Assembly: GCA_022837635.1 (NCBI GenBank)
Contig: JALHFY010000001.1
Span: 234,202-298,201 of the forward strand
From: Candidatus Shapirobacteria bacterium
GTDB taxonomy: Bacteria; Patescibacteriota; Microgenomatia; UBA12405
DNA: 64,000 nt
Reading direction: 5' to 3'
Position 1 is the stretch's first letter. Each line of letters starts with the position of its first letter. This document shows positions 47,589-56,949 of the stretch, in pieces. The position numbers were made by a program, and so were the translations under genes. The notes under the pieces were generated by a model, which was given only the letters and a program-made list of their open reading frames with translations, made no database searches and was not told where the DNA came from.

Positions 47589-48599
47589 ATGAACAAGAAA
47601 GAGCTGATTTGTACGATAGGTGGCGGAACTGGAATGCCGGTAGTTAACGAAGCTTTAGTCAAGGCAGGTTATGAAAATATCTGGTCAATAGTAACTACCT
47701 TTGATAATGGCGGTGATACCGGCAGAATGAGGACAGATGAGCGGGGACAAACCTTGGCTAATTCTGATTATTGGCGATCATTAATCTCTTTGTGGGATGA
47801 TGGAACTCAAAAAAAAGTTTGGGTAGAGATGCTTAAATATCGTGATGGTAGAGACAGGAATTTTGGTAACACTTTTTTTCAGTTTATGACGGAAAAAACC
47901 GGTTCATTGGATAAGGTTGATGATTTATTTAAGTCGTTAACAATGGCTGATTTACATGGTCATGTTATCCCCTCCTCTCTGTTTTCAGCCAATATGTCTT
48001 TTGAAACAAACAATGGCAAGGTCTATCATGGTGAAAAATTTTTAGACCAGCTGAGAATGTCTTCTGATGTGGTGAAAAAATTATGGTTGGAACCTAAGGT
48101 TAAGGTTAATCCTGAAGCAGTCAAAGCGTTAAAAAGGGCTAAAATGATTATTGTTTGTCCAGGCAGTATTTTTGGATCATTGATGGCTAATTTTTTAGTC
48201 GATGGATTCAAGGAAGCTTTTAATCAAAGTCGAGCTAAAAAGATTTTAATGGTAAATTTGATGTCACAAGCCAATGAAGGTAATTTTGCCAATCAGTTGG
48301 AATATGAAGAATTGTTTAAGAAACATGTGGGAGTAAAATTTGACAGGATTTTAATGGCCGATTTAACTTGTCTTAATTCAAAGAAATTAGACAAATTACG
48401 TAAATTTTATGAGTTAGAGCATTCTAGAGAGGTAGAGTATGTGGAAGATGAAAGAACATTTTTAGAGGATTTGGCAACAATTGATGAAAAAAATTGGAGA
48501 TTGCGTCATAGTACTCAAAAATTAGCCCGTTTTTTTGCTAGAATGAGCTATGTCTCAAAAGAGATTAAGAAAGATAAAAAAAGAAAAAATAGAAACTAG
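47589..48599 (+). CDS. yvcK: YvcK/GlmR (CofD-like, UPF0052) UDP-sugar-binding protein
   Basis: IGGGTG, IVTTFDNGGDTG..R, NFGN, GE, PGSIFGSL, RH. Start set at ATG 47589. Confidence 0.78.
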   Translation: MNKKELICTIGGGTGMPVVNEALVKAGYENIWSIVTTFDNGGDTGRMRTDERGQTLANSDYWRSLISLWDDGTQKKVWVEMLKYRDGRDRNFGNTFFQFMTEKTGSLDKVDDLFKSLTMADLHGHVIPSSLFSANMSFETNNGKVYHGEKFLDQLRMSSDVVKKLWLEPKVKVNPEAVKALKRAKMIIVCPGSIFGSLMANFLVDGFKEAFNQSRAKKILMVNLMSQANEGNFANQLEYEELFKKHVGVKFDRILMADLTCLNSKKLDKLRKFYELEHSREVEYVEDERTFLEDLATIDEKNWRLRHSTQKLARFFARMSYVSKEIKKDKKRKNRN

Positions 48600-50280
48600 A
48601 AACAAGAAACCAGATACTAGAATATTGTTGCCGGGGGTGGTGGAGATTATTAGGAATAATTGGGTGTTTTTACTATTGACCTGTTTGGTGAGTTTGGTGT
48701 TGTATGCTAATGCCCTCAATGGTGCCTTTGTGTCTGATGATTATGCGACGGTACCCAACAATCCTTTGATTGGTGATTTTTGGGCAACGATGAAATCTTT
48801 CCCAGGAAACAGTATGGCCTTGAGTAATTATATTGTGTTTAAGTTTTTTGGTCACAGTAGCCCGGTACCTTATCATATTACTTCCTTATTGATATATATG
48901 TTGGTTTTAGTTTTGGCCTTGGTATTTATGGAGATAGTTTTTAAGAATAGATTACTAAGTCGGACAGCTGTTTTGATATTTGCTTTTCATCCAATTCATG
49001 TGGAGGCGGTCTCTTGGAATGCTGGGAGGATTTATTTAATTTTATCGGCTTATATGTTGTTATCGGTGATTAATTTAATTTATTTTCTAGACAGGGATAA
49101 GCCAAAATATTTGCTTTATGGAATGTTGTTTTTCTTGTTGGCTTTATTGACTGATCGGCCTCGCCCTTTTGCAATATTTTTAATTATTATCTTGTATTTA
49201 ACTTCACAACAAAACTGGGATATTTTGAAAAAATACAAAAAATATTATTGGTTAGTATTAGTCAGTTTACTGATTTCAGTTTTAATCAGTTTGCCATTGA
49301 TTAATAGTAGAATCGGGGCGGTAAATAGCGGCATTAATGCTTCTGGAAGTATTTTTTATAATCCAATTTTGCAATATCCGGTTTCGGTAACTAAATATTT
49401 ACAGTTGTTATGGGCACCTTTGAATTTAACTTTGTATCACACAATGTATGTTTTACCGACTTGGTTAAATTGGTTGATTACTTTGAATTATTTGGCTTTA
49501 TTGGTTTATTTTTACATTAAAGATAAAAGATATTTTTTCGCCTTGGCTTTTATTTTTGTAGCTACAGCTCCGTCGATGGCACCAATAAAGGTTAGTTGGT
49601 TGGTAGCGGAAAGATATATGTTTTTAGGTAGTCTGGGTTTTTGTTTGTTTTCGGCTTTGATATTAACTGATCTATGGAAAAAATCGAAGTTTTTAAGTTC
49701 TTTATTATTGATTTTATTGTTGGCTTTTTATGGCTGGCGAGTTTACCAAAGAAATATAGACTGGAGTACAAATCATAATTTATGGGTTAATACTTGTCAG
49801 GTGTCACCAAATAGTCACAATGCTTGGAATAATATTGGTGATGATTACGATAAATTGGGTCAGTTAGAAAATGCTATTAAAGGTTTTACTCAATCGGTTT
49901 TAACAAGACCAAATTATGCTGATGCTTATCATAATCGGGGTAATATATTTTATAAGATGAAAAGATTAGATTTAGCCAAAGAGTCTTATGAAACTGCAGT
50001 AAGGATTAATCCTAATTTATATCAAACTTATTTGGCTTTGGCTCAAATTGCTTTTGAGAGTCGAAATCCAAAATTAGCAAAGGAAAACTTGGAGAAATAC
50101 ATACGTTTTGATCAAAGTAATATTCAGGCTTATTATAGTTATGCTTTGGCTCAGGCTCAGTTGGGAGAAATAGAAGAAGCCAAGAAATTGTTAAAGGAGA
50201 TTTTAACAGTTTATCCAAATTTGGTACCGGTCAAAGAGTCTTTGAAGGTATTGGAGAACGGAATCAGTTTGACTAATTAA
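48550..50280 (+). CDS. TMTC-like GT-C protein O-glycosyltransferase with C-terminal TPR repeats
   Basis: Y.N.L...FVSDD, FAFHPIHVEAVSW..GR, AERYMFL, RN.DW...LW, then several TPRs (AWNNIG, AYHNRG). Confidence 0.78.
   Translation: MSQKRLRKIKKEKIETRNKKPDTRILLPGVVEIIRNNWVFLLLTCLVSLVLYANALNGAFVSDDYATVPNNPLIGDFWATMKSFPGNSMALSNYIVFKFFGHSSPVPYHITSLLIYMLVLVLALVFMEIVFKNRLLSRTAVLIFAFHPIHVEAVSWNAGRIYLILSAYMLLSVINLIYFLDRDKPKYLLYGMLFFLLALLTDRPRPFAIFLIIILYLTSQQNWDILKKYKKYYWLVLVSLLISVLISLPLINSRIGAVNSGINASGSIFYNPILQYPVSVTKYLQLLWAPLNLTLYHTMYVLPTWLNWLITLNYLALLVYFYIKDKRYFFALAFIFVATAPSMAPIKVSWLVAERYMFLGSLGFCLFSALILTDLWKKSKFLSSLLLILLLAFYGWRVYQRNIDWSTNHNLWVNTCQVSPNSHNAWNNIGDDYDKLGQLENAIKGFTQSVLTRPNYADAYHNRGNIFYKMKRLDLAKESYETAVRINPNLYQTYLALAQIAFESRNPKLAKENLEKYIRFDQSNIQAYYSYALAQAQLGEIEEAKKLLKEILTVYPNLVPVKESLKVLENGISLTN
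48590..48624. repeat. Heptamer tandem repeat (TAGAAAC)n at the yvcK/TMTC overlap
   Basis: tagaaac tagaaac aagaaac cagatac tagaata. Confidence 0.65.
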
Positions 50281-50912
50281 TTCTTTTGAATTAAAAAAAC
50301 AAATTGAGGCGCTAACAGAGTTGGAAAAATAGGTAAAAAACTATATAGAGTGCCGGCGGGAAAAATTTTTAGGATTTTTAATTGAGGAAATTGTTGAATC
50401 AATTGTCTGGCGGTTTTTAGAGTGTAAAAATGGAGGTGTGTTTGATCCATGACACCGCCGTGATCAGAATAATTAAAATTGCCAAAGAGGTGAGATAGAC
50501 GGAAAGGTAATTGAGCAATGTTTGGCAGAGAAATAATGATAAAAGCATTTTTTTTGGCTTTGGGAATAATTTGTTTGAGTGTATGGCTGGGATTAACCAA
50601 GTGTTCTAAGACATCAGCTAAAACAATAAGATCATAATGGTTGGGAATTTTTTTAATATCTTGACTCTTATTTAAATCAAGTGCTAAGAATTTATGACAA
50701 TGTTTGCGAGCAGACTGGAAATAAAAAGAGTTGTTTTCCACACCGGTAACGAGATGTTTACCTTGAGTTAATTTGGCAATGTTGCCACCGGCGCAACCCA
50801 GATCAAGAATATGACTTTTAGTTGGTAAATATTGGTGAATAATATTGGAGATAATATTATGAACTCGAAAACGAAATTTAGTGTCTAAGAGTGGATAATG
50901 AAATCGTGTCAT
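50277..50912 (-). CDS. Class I SAM-dependent methyltransferase
   Basis: ILDLGCAGG, ADVLEHL.NP, SLPNIA, D.THLHFYT. Start set at ATG 50912. Confidence 0.85.
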   Translation of the reverse strand: MTRFHYPLLDTKFRFRVHNIISNIIHQYLPTKSHILDLGCAGGNIAKLTQGKHLVTGVENNSFYFQSARKHCHKFLALDLNKSQDIKKIPNHYDLIVLADVLEHLVNPSHTLKQIIPKAKKNAFIIISLPNIAQLPFRLSHLFGNFNYSDHGGVMDQTHLHFYTLKTARQLIQQFPQLKILKIFPAGTLYSFLPIFPTLLAPQFVFLIQKN

Positions 50913-52078
50913 AGGAAAATTTGTTGATAAAGAAAAGTGGCGTGTTTGCGCCAGTCCCATTCATTTTTAATTAAAGCGAGAGCTTGACGGGAATATTTTT
51001 GATAGAGAATTGGATCTTCTAAAAGTCGAATAATATTTTTAGCAAATTGTTTTTGATTGTGAAGAGGAGTTTTGATCATCCCTTGAGAATAATAGGTTTT
51101 AAGGGCTGGTAAATCATAAGAAACACCGGGTAGAGCAAAGGCCATGGCTTCGGCAGCACTCATGCCACCACTATCAAAAATAGCCGGATGTAAGACAATT
51201 TTAGAATTGGCAAAGATTTGGTATTTCTTGGTCGCATGTTGAAAACCAAAATAAGAAATATTTTTTTGGAGTTTTAGTTTTTTGATTTTATTAAGCATTT
51301 GCTCTTTAAGTTGACCATCACCAATGATAGCCAGTTTAGCGGAGGGGATTTTGGAAATGACCAATTGCCAAATATCAATCATGCCCAAGACGCCCTTTTG
51401 GGGATGGAGTCGTCCTTGAAACACCGCCGCAAATTGACGTCGATTGACAGGAATTTTTTTAATTTTTTGAGAATGACTTAAATCAACTCCCCCACGAACA
51501 ATGATGGTTTTCTTGCCGGGAAAATATTTTTGATCGGGTTGAGAGGTGATTAAAATAAAATCGGCGTATTTATTGGCTAACTTTAGAGATAATTTTTGAG
51601 AAAAATAATAAAGATAATTTTTTAACAATTGGTCTTGGTAAGGTGAGTCCGGAGAAGAGGCTTTGGGGACAATCAAATAATAGCCACAAAGCCACCGACC
51701 TTGAGGATTGACTAATTTATATAACAGACCAAAGAGAAAATCCGGCCAAAAATCAGAAGCGGTATAACAATAGTCACTGGTTTTAAAAATTTTAAGATCT
51801 CTGATAAAGGCGATTAATCCCATGGTAAGTCGGCGGAGTTGGTGCCAAAGAAGGTTGATGACAGTAGCCTGGTAGTGAGGATTAAAGGTGTCAGTTTGAA
51901 GAAATTTAGTTTTAATTTGGTTTAATTTAAGCAAATGGCGAGCTTCAGCACTACCCCAGAGAGTAATATCTAAACGAGTTGACCAATATTTAATAAAATT
52001 TAAATAAATAGTGTCACCACCACTTTGAACCGGGCCAAGATTGTTGTTACTAATAATGACAAGACTTTTCTTTTTCAT
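50909..52078 (-). CDS. GT4 glycosyltransferase
   Basis: SGGD, GGVD, GRLHPQKG, DSGGMSAAEAMA. Start set at ATG 52078. Confidence 0.83.
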   Translation of the reverse strand: MKKKSLVIISNNNLGPVQSGGDTIYLNFIKYWSTRLDITLWGSAEARHLLKLNQIKTKFLQTDTFNPHYQATVINLLWHQLRRLTMGLIAFIRDLKIFKTSDYCYTASDFWPDFLFGLLYKLVNPQGRWLCGYYLIVPKASSPDSPYQDQLLKNYLYYFSQKLSLKLANKYADFILITSQPDQKYFPGKKTIIVRGGVDLSHSQKIKKIPVNRRQFAAVFQGRLHPQKGVLGMIDIWQLVISKIPSAKLAIIGDGQLKEQMLNKIKKLKLQKNISYFGFQHATKKYQIFANSKIVLHPAIFDSGGMSAAEAMAFALPGVSYDLPALKTYYSQGMIKTPLHNQKQFAKNIIRLLEDPILYQKYSRQALALIKNEWDWRKHATFLYQQIFL

Positions 52079-52102
52079 AAAGACCTGGCACAATTTTAGC
52101 AA

Positions 52103-52810
52103 ATGAGAAATTCTTTGAAAGAGTCAGCTACTGACCGATTGGGAGCTAGAAATCAGGCATTTTTAAGATTTGTCGGTAAAGATAAAATTAAAAATAAAAT
52201 AATTTTAGATATTGGTTGCGGTTTGGCTTGGTTTGAATATCAAAACAGAAAAAAAGCAAAAAAGATTTGGGCGATAGATAAGGACGGAAAACATATCGAG
52301 CAAAATAAAAAATTATTAAAGGATAAAAATGTAGTATTTACAAAAGGAAGTGCCTTGAAAATTCCTTTAGAAAATGAAAGTGTAGAGGTGATAGTGGCCA
52401 GTGAAGTAATCGAACATCTTCCTAAAAAGACAGAGACAATTTTTTTTAGAGAAGCAAGGAGAGTTTTAAAAAAGAAAGGCGATTTGTTTTTGAGTACTCC
52501 AAATAATCATTTGATGGCTAAATTGTTTGATCCGGCTTGGTATTTTGGACATAGGCATTATGATTATAAAAAACTTAGAAAAATAGCTGAGACAGAGGGA
52601 TTACAAATGAAGGCTTATCAAATTAATGGTGCTTGGTGGAGTCTCTTGGGACTAATAAATATGTATGTGGCTAAATGGGTGTTTGGAAGAAGAAAATTCT
52701 GGGAAAATTTTTTTGAAGAAAGAGAATTAAAAGAAAGTAGGAGTTCAGGTTTTATGAATTTATTTATCGCTTTTGAAAAAAAAGAAGGTGATGGTGAGAA
52801 AAAATCTTAA
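52103..52810 (+). CDS. Class I SAM-dependent methyltransferase
   Basis: ILDIGCG, SEVIEHL, RVLKKKG.L.LSTPN. Confidence 0.85.
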   Translation: MRNSLKESATDRLGARNQAFLRFVGKDKIKNKIILDIGCGLAWFEYQNRKKAKKIWAIDKDGKHIEQNKKLLKDKNVVFTKGSALKIPLENESVEVIVASEVIEHLPKKTETIFFREARRVLKKKGDLFLSTPNNHLMAKLFDPAWYFGHRHYDYKKLRKIAETEGLQMKAYQINGAWWSLLGLINMYVAKWVFGRRKFWENFFEERELKESRSSGFMNLFIAFEKKEGDGEKKS

Positions 52811-53543
52811 GAGGAGAATGATTGAGAATTCGATCAAAAAGACGGGTTAAAGGATAAAGTGAATTAATCATTTTTTGAGCAAATGGAAATGGTGCTATTT
52901 GTGGAAAAAAGTCAGTTTTAGCTGAGGAAATCAATAAATAATCTTTTTTAGGAAAGAGATTAAGCAGGTCTTTGAGACTATATCTAACATCATGACTTTT
53001 AATTAAAAGTTCACTCAGAGCTAGTTGTTCTGGGGTTCTGGCAATAACTAAATAGGCTCCAGGTTTTAAGACTTTCTTAATTTCAGCCAAAATTGATTTC
53101 ATTTTATTTGGATGGACATGTTCGATTACAGCGTGAGCAAAAACTAAATCAAAACTAGATTGAGGATAATTGAGATTTTTTCCATCAAAAAAATTAAATT
53201 TGAGGTTTTTTTTGTTTTTAGATAAAAGATTCCAAAGTTTTTGTTGGGCCATTTTACCATTGTGATGAAATTGAGTACTATCAGATTCAAAAACGTCAAC
53301 GGCTTGAACTTGATAGTTTTTGGATAAAAGGAAACTAGTTAAACCACTACCGCAGCCAAGGTCTAGAATTTTTTTCCCTGGGGGAATTAGATTATCTAGT
53401 TGATTAATAATATCTAAAGTGCCAGTGACGTAAGGGCGGGAATCAAAAAGAAAATCATGAGGAGTCAAAGAATTGCGTTTAAGAATATTAAAAAACGACT
53501 GTAAATCATGTTGTGTAACCGGTCGAAACTTTATTGTCGCCAT
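52764..53543 (-). CDS. Class I SAM-dependent methyltransferase
   Basis: ILDLGCGSG, FDLV..HAVIEHV, VLKPGA. Confidence 0.85.
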   Translation of the reverse strand: MATIKFRPVTQHDLQSFFNILKRNSLTPHDFLFDSRPYVTGTLDIINQLDNLIPPGKKILDLGCGSGLTSFLLSKNYQVQAVDVFESDSTQFHHNGKMAQQKLWNLLSKNKKNLKFNFFDGKNLNYPQSSFDLVFAHAVIEHVHPNKMKSILAEIKKVLKPGAYLVIARTPEQLALSELLIKSHDVRYSLKDLLNLFPKKDYLLISSAKTDFFPQIAPFPFAQKMINSLYPLTRLFDRILNHSPLKIFSHHHLLFFQKR

Positions 53544-54529
53544 TGATTTCTATCCAGAGATTTTAATAAACCCAGTTTATGTTTAATAGTAGTGGTAGCA
53601 TAAACGATAACAGTGACAAAACAAGCCAAAGGGTGAAAAAACCAGGCTGGATCGGGTTTTTTAATAAAACCACGGATGGCATCAAAGAGCGAGGGGAAAA
53701 TTAAGATACTGTATAGGGTGAAAGGGATAATTTTATTATTGGCACGACTCCATTGATATTGGCGATGGGCTTTGTAAGTGTAATAGTCGGTGACGCGACG
53801 TTGTTGTTTTTTGATGAATTTGGAAATAGAAGATTCACAAAAAGTGTGAATAATCCCCTCTTTAACCTTGGCAAAATAGAGAGGTGTTTTGGCGGCGGCC
53901 AGAATATCAATATCAAACAGATAATCGCCACTAAAGTTTTTCTGTAAAAAATCTTTTCGAAAGATAGTACCATTGGCACCAATAGTGGGAATTAAGGCGG
54001 GATTGTCAATTTTTAGTTTTAAGTAATTATCTTTATCTTCGCTTTTAATGGGTAAGCCGGTCCATTTATTAGAAAGATAACTGTATCGATCATAATTGCC
54101 GGTAAAATAGGAATAAGGATCATTGACACCTAAAAGAGCACTGTAACGTTCTATAAAACCGCCATGGGGACGATAAGTGAAACGAATGGGTTCTGAACCG
54201 ATAATGTCTTTGTCAGCAAAAGGTATCAGCATATTATCAAACCAGTTGGAGTGAGGTAAAAAATTGTCAGAGTCAATCAGAGCCACAAATTTTCCGGCAG
54301 CTTTTTTTAGACCAAGAGCTTTGCCAGCTTCAGCAGTTTTTAAGGAATTCTGAAAAATTTGACAATGATATTTTTTAGCAATTTTTAAGGTGTTATCGGT
54401 AGAGCCACCGTCCAGAATCAGGATTTCATAATCTTTGAATTTTTGTTTATCAATAGCCCGAAGACAATGAGTTAAGACTCTTTGGGCGTTAAGGGTGGGA
54501 ATGATGATAGAGAGCTTAGGAGAAGTCAC
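53531..54529 (-). CDS. GT2 glycosyltransferase with C-terminal TM segments
   Basis: SIIIPTLN, DGGSTD, IDSDN, GANG. Start probably GTG 54529. Confidence 0.83.
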   Translation of the reverse strand: MTSPKLSIIIPTLNAQRVLTHCLRAIDKQKFKDYEILILDGGSTDNTLKIAKKYHCQIFQNSLKTAEAGKALGLKKAAGKFVALIDSDNFLPHSNWFDNMLIPFADKDIIGSEPIRFTYRPHGGFIERYSALLGVNDPYSYFTGNYDRYSYLSNKWTGLPIKSEDKDNYLKLKIDNPALIPTIGANGTIFRKDFLQKNFSGDYLFDIDILAAAKTPLYFAKVKEGIIHTFCESSISKFIKKQQRRVTDYYTYKAHRQYQWSRANNKIIPFTLYSILIFPSLFDAIRGFIKKPDPAWFFHPLACFVTVIVYATTTIKHKLGLLKSLDRNQWRQ

Positions 54530-56027
54530 GGAGTTTTTTGAGATATTTAACGGTATAAGTGAAGAGGAATTTGACATCATCAAAATTGCGAATAGAAAAA
54601 ATTTTTTTGATTAAAAATTTGGGAGTTAAGACACCATGAAAAAGTTCACGAATAATTTTTTTAATTTCTTCGTCAGTAAAAGGAGATTTCATGACTGGTT
54701 GACGCATATCAAAATCATCCCAATCTGTAGTTAACAACCAATCATTGTCGAGACATTGTTGATAGAGAGGGGTGCCGGGATAAGGAATGAGAATGGTGGC
54801 CTGCATACTATCCGCTAGTCCGTCTCGAAAAAGACTCTTGGCTTCATTGAGGGTTTTATAAGCATTTTGCTTGCTTTCCCAAGGATAACCAATCATGATA
54901 GTCAAATGAGGTTCTAAACCGGCTTTTTTAGCCATAATTAAGCTTTTGCGAGCGTCAGCAACTTTAGTGTTTTTATGGATGAAATCGAGAGTTTTTTGAT
55001 TGGATGATTCAAGTCCGTAAAGGACAAAACGGAAACCAGCTTGTCTCATTAAATTGTATTGTTCTTGACTGAGAGCGGCAAAACGCATATTGCAACCAAT
55101 AACGACTTTTTTATGGAGACCTCGCTGAATAAGTTGATGACACAGTTCTGTCAGCCAGGGACCAATAGGGAGACTACCACTATCATCAAAAATTTCTCGG
55201 ACCCCTAAAGAAACTAAATTTTCAATTTCTTTGATGGTATGGGTCACGGAAAAAGTTCTAAAAGTGCCAGCAGGATAAGTAGTGGTCCAGGAGCAAAAAG
55301 TACAGCGGCCCCACCAACAATCACGGCCGGACATAATGTAAGCGCCAGGTTTGTACTTAAAATTGGTATTTTCTTGGCCGTATAATTTCCATTTAGTTAG
55401 TTTTCGGTCGATAATAGGTAGAGTGTCTAAGTTGTGGTGTTTTAGGGCAAATTTACCAGTATTTAGAACTTTAGAACTATAGTTTTTTTGAGTTTTAGAG
55501 CGATAATAGAAACCGGGTTCGAGTTTAGTTTTATGAACTAAATGCTCGACTAGGTTAATCATCATGAAATCATAATCACCACCAGTGATGACATAGTCGA
55601 CTTTGGAATTTAAGAAGGATTCTTTGGGTAAAGCAGTGACATGATCTCCCATTAAAACAACAATGGAACGAGGTAGAAATTTTTTAATATGATTAATAAT
55701 CTGCCAATGTTTTTTAATAACTGGAGTTTTGGATTCGATGAAAATAATTTTAGGTTTTCTTTTTAAGAGACGATTAAACCATTTTTGATAAGGAATTTTT
55801 TCAGCAATAGCATCATCCCAATAGACCCGATAATCTTTTTGTTTCAAAGCGGTGGCTCCATAAGCGGGAATGACTGGAAGAATGACATTACCGGTATTAG
55901 TCCATTGAAATTGACGGTTTTGAGAAAGAAAAGGGATACCTTTATCGGATTCTAAAGGGGGAGAGGAAAAAGAGATAGAAAATTTTTTAACCGCCGATAT
56001 ATTGGCCGGTTTTTTTGTCAACTTCAT
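54516..56027 (-). CDS. Cobalamin-binding radical SAM protein (class B / HpnJ-like)
   Basis: N-terminal B12-type domain (MGDHVT..P, VDYVITG); CWWGRCTFC cluster motif; GLES, MIGYPWE, PYPGTPLY. Confidence 0.82.
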   Translation of the reverse strand: MKLTKKPANISAVKKFSISFSSPPLESDKGIPFLSQNRQFQWTNTGNVILPVIPAYGATALKQKDYRVYWDDAIAEKIPYQKWFNRLLKRKPKIIFIESKTPVIKKHWQIINHIKKFLPRSIVVLMGDHVTALPKESFLNSKVDYVITGGDYDFMMINLVEHLVHKTKLEPGFYYRSKTQKNYSSKVLNTGKFALKHHNLDTLPIIDRKLTKWKLYGQENTNFKYKPGAYIMSGRDCWWGRCTFCSWTTTYPAGTFRTFSVTHTIKEIENLVSLGVREIFDDSGSLPIGPWLTELCHQLIQRGLHKKVVIGCNMRFAALSQEQYNLMRQAGFRFVLYGLESSNQKTLDFIHKNTKVADARKSLIMAKKAGLEPHLTIMIGYPWESKQNAYKTLNEAKSLFRDGLADSMQATILIPYPGTPLYQQCLDNDWLLTTDWDDFDMRQPVMKSPFTDEEIKKIIRELFHGVLTPKFLIKKIFSIRNFDDVKFLFTYTVKYLKKLRDFS

Positions 56028-56949
56028 GGGCCTTAAAATCTAGGTCAAGTTTAACAAAACCAAAAATAAATAGCAGACCGTAATAAAGATGGGTAACAGG
56101 AATAGTAATAATGGTTAAGATAAGTAGATAAATAGATAAATTGGGAATAGTTAGGAGTAAATGGATGATGGTGAAGAAGAGGGCGGTGAGATATAAGTAA
56201 AGAGGGATAAGGCAATGATGTAAGGGAAGAGTGAGGAGATAAATAAGAAACAAAGATGGAGCTAGATAGCCGATCTTGAAACTGGTTTTAGGAAATTTAC
56301 GAGCAAAAAGACCACGATGGAGAGCGTAGCGACTGATTTGTTTGAGATGTGGTAAGAAAACAGCGCGACGATGGTGATAAACCTGAATAGAAGGGTGATA
56401 ATAAATTTTTTCACCGTGATTAATTAAGTCGAGGCAAAGAATGGTGTCTTCTCCGGGCCAGTATTTTGATTGAAAACCACCAATTTGGTGAAAAACTTTT
56501 TTATTGACAGTCAGATTAACAGTGGGATAATCTTCGACAAAACGAGCTTTTTGAGGAGAATTGCGATAATGACCGGCTCCCCCACTACCTAAAAAAGAGG
56601 ACCAAAATAAACCAGAGGCTTGTTGATAAACATTGTCATCTTTGGGAGTTAGGGTGGGACCGCAAAAAGCGGCCCAATGAGGATGTTTTTTAATTTGGGT
56701 ATGTAAGTTTTTTAGCCAGTTACTTTTAGGGTAAGAATCGTCATCCAGAAAACAGAGAAATTGGCCTTTAGCTTTTTTGGCACCTAAATTTCTCTTAAAA
56801 GCAGGATCAGCTTTTTTAGAGATTTTATCGGTGATAACTAAAACTTCAAAGTTCTTAAAACTTTGTTTCTGGAGATAAGTTAAAGTTTCTCGAAGATAAT
56901 CATTCTCTTGTCTGACAGGGATAATAATCGAAAAGAAGAACTTTTTCAT
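55987..56949 (-). CDS. GT2 glycosyltransferase with C-terminal TM segments
   Basis: SIIIP, KRNLG, FLDDD, GGF...WPGED, HHRR. Confidence 0.83.
   Translation of the reverse strand: MKKFFFSIIIPVRQENDYLRETLTYLQKQSFKNFEVLVITDKISKKADPAFKRNLGAKKAKGQFLCFLDDDSYPKSNWLKNLHTQIKKHPHWAAFCGPTLTPKDDNVYQQASGLFWSSFLGSGGAGHYRNSPQKARFVEDYPTVNLTVNKKVFHQIGGFQSKYWPGEDTILCLDLINHGEKIYYHPSIQVYHHRRAVFLPHLKQISRYALHRGLFARKFPKTSFKIGYLAPSLFLIYLLTLPLHHCLIPLYLYLTALFFTIIHLLLTIPNLSIYLLILTIITIPVTHLYYGLLFIFGFVKLDLDFKAHEVDKKTGQYIGG

Noticed and set aside
54516-56027. Hopanoid biosynthesis (hpnJ) assignment
   Set aside because: No squalene-hopene cyclase or other hpn genes occur in the window; the similarity supports only the B12 radical SAM class.
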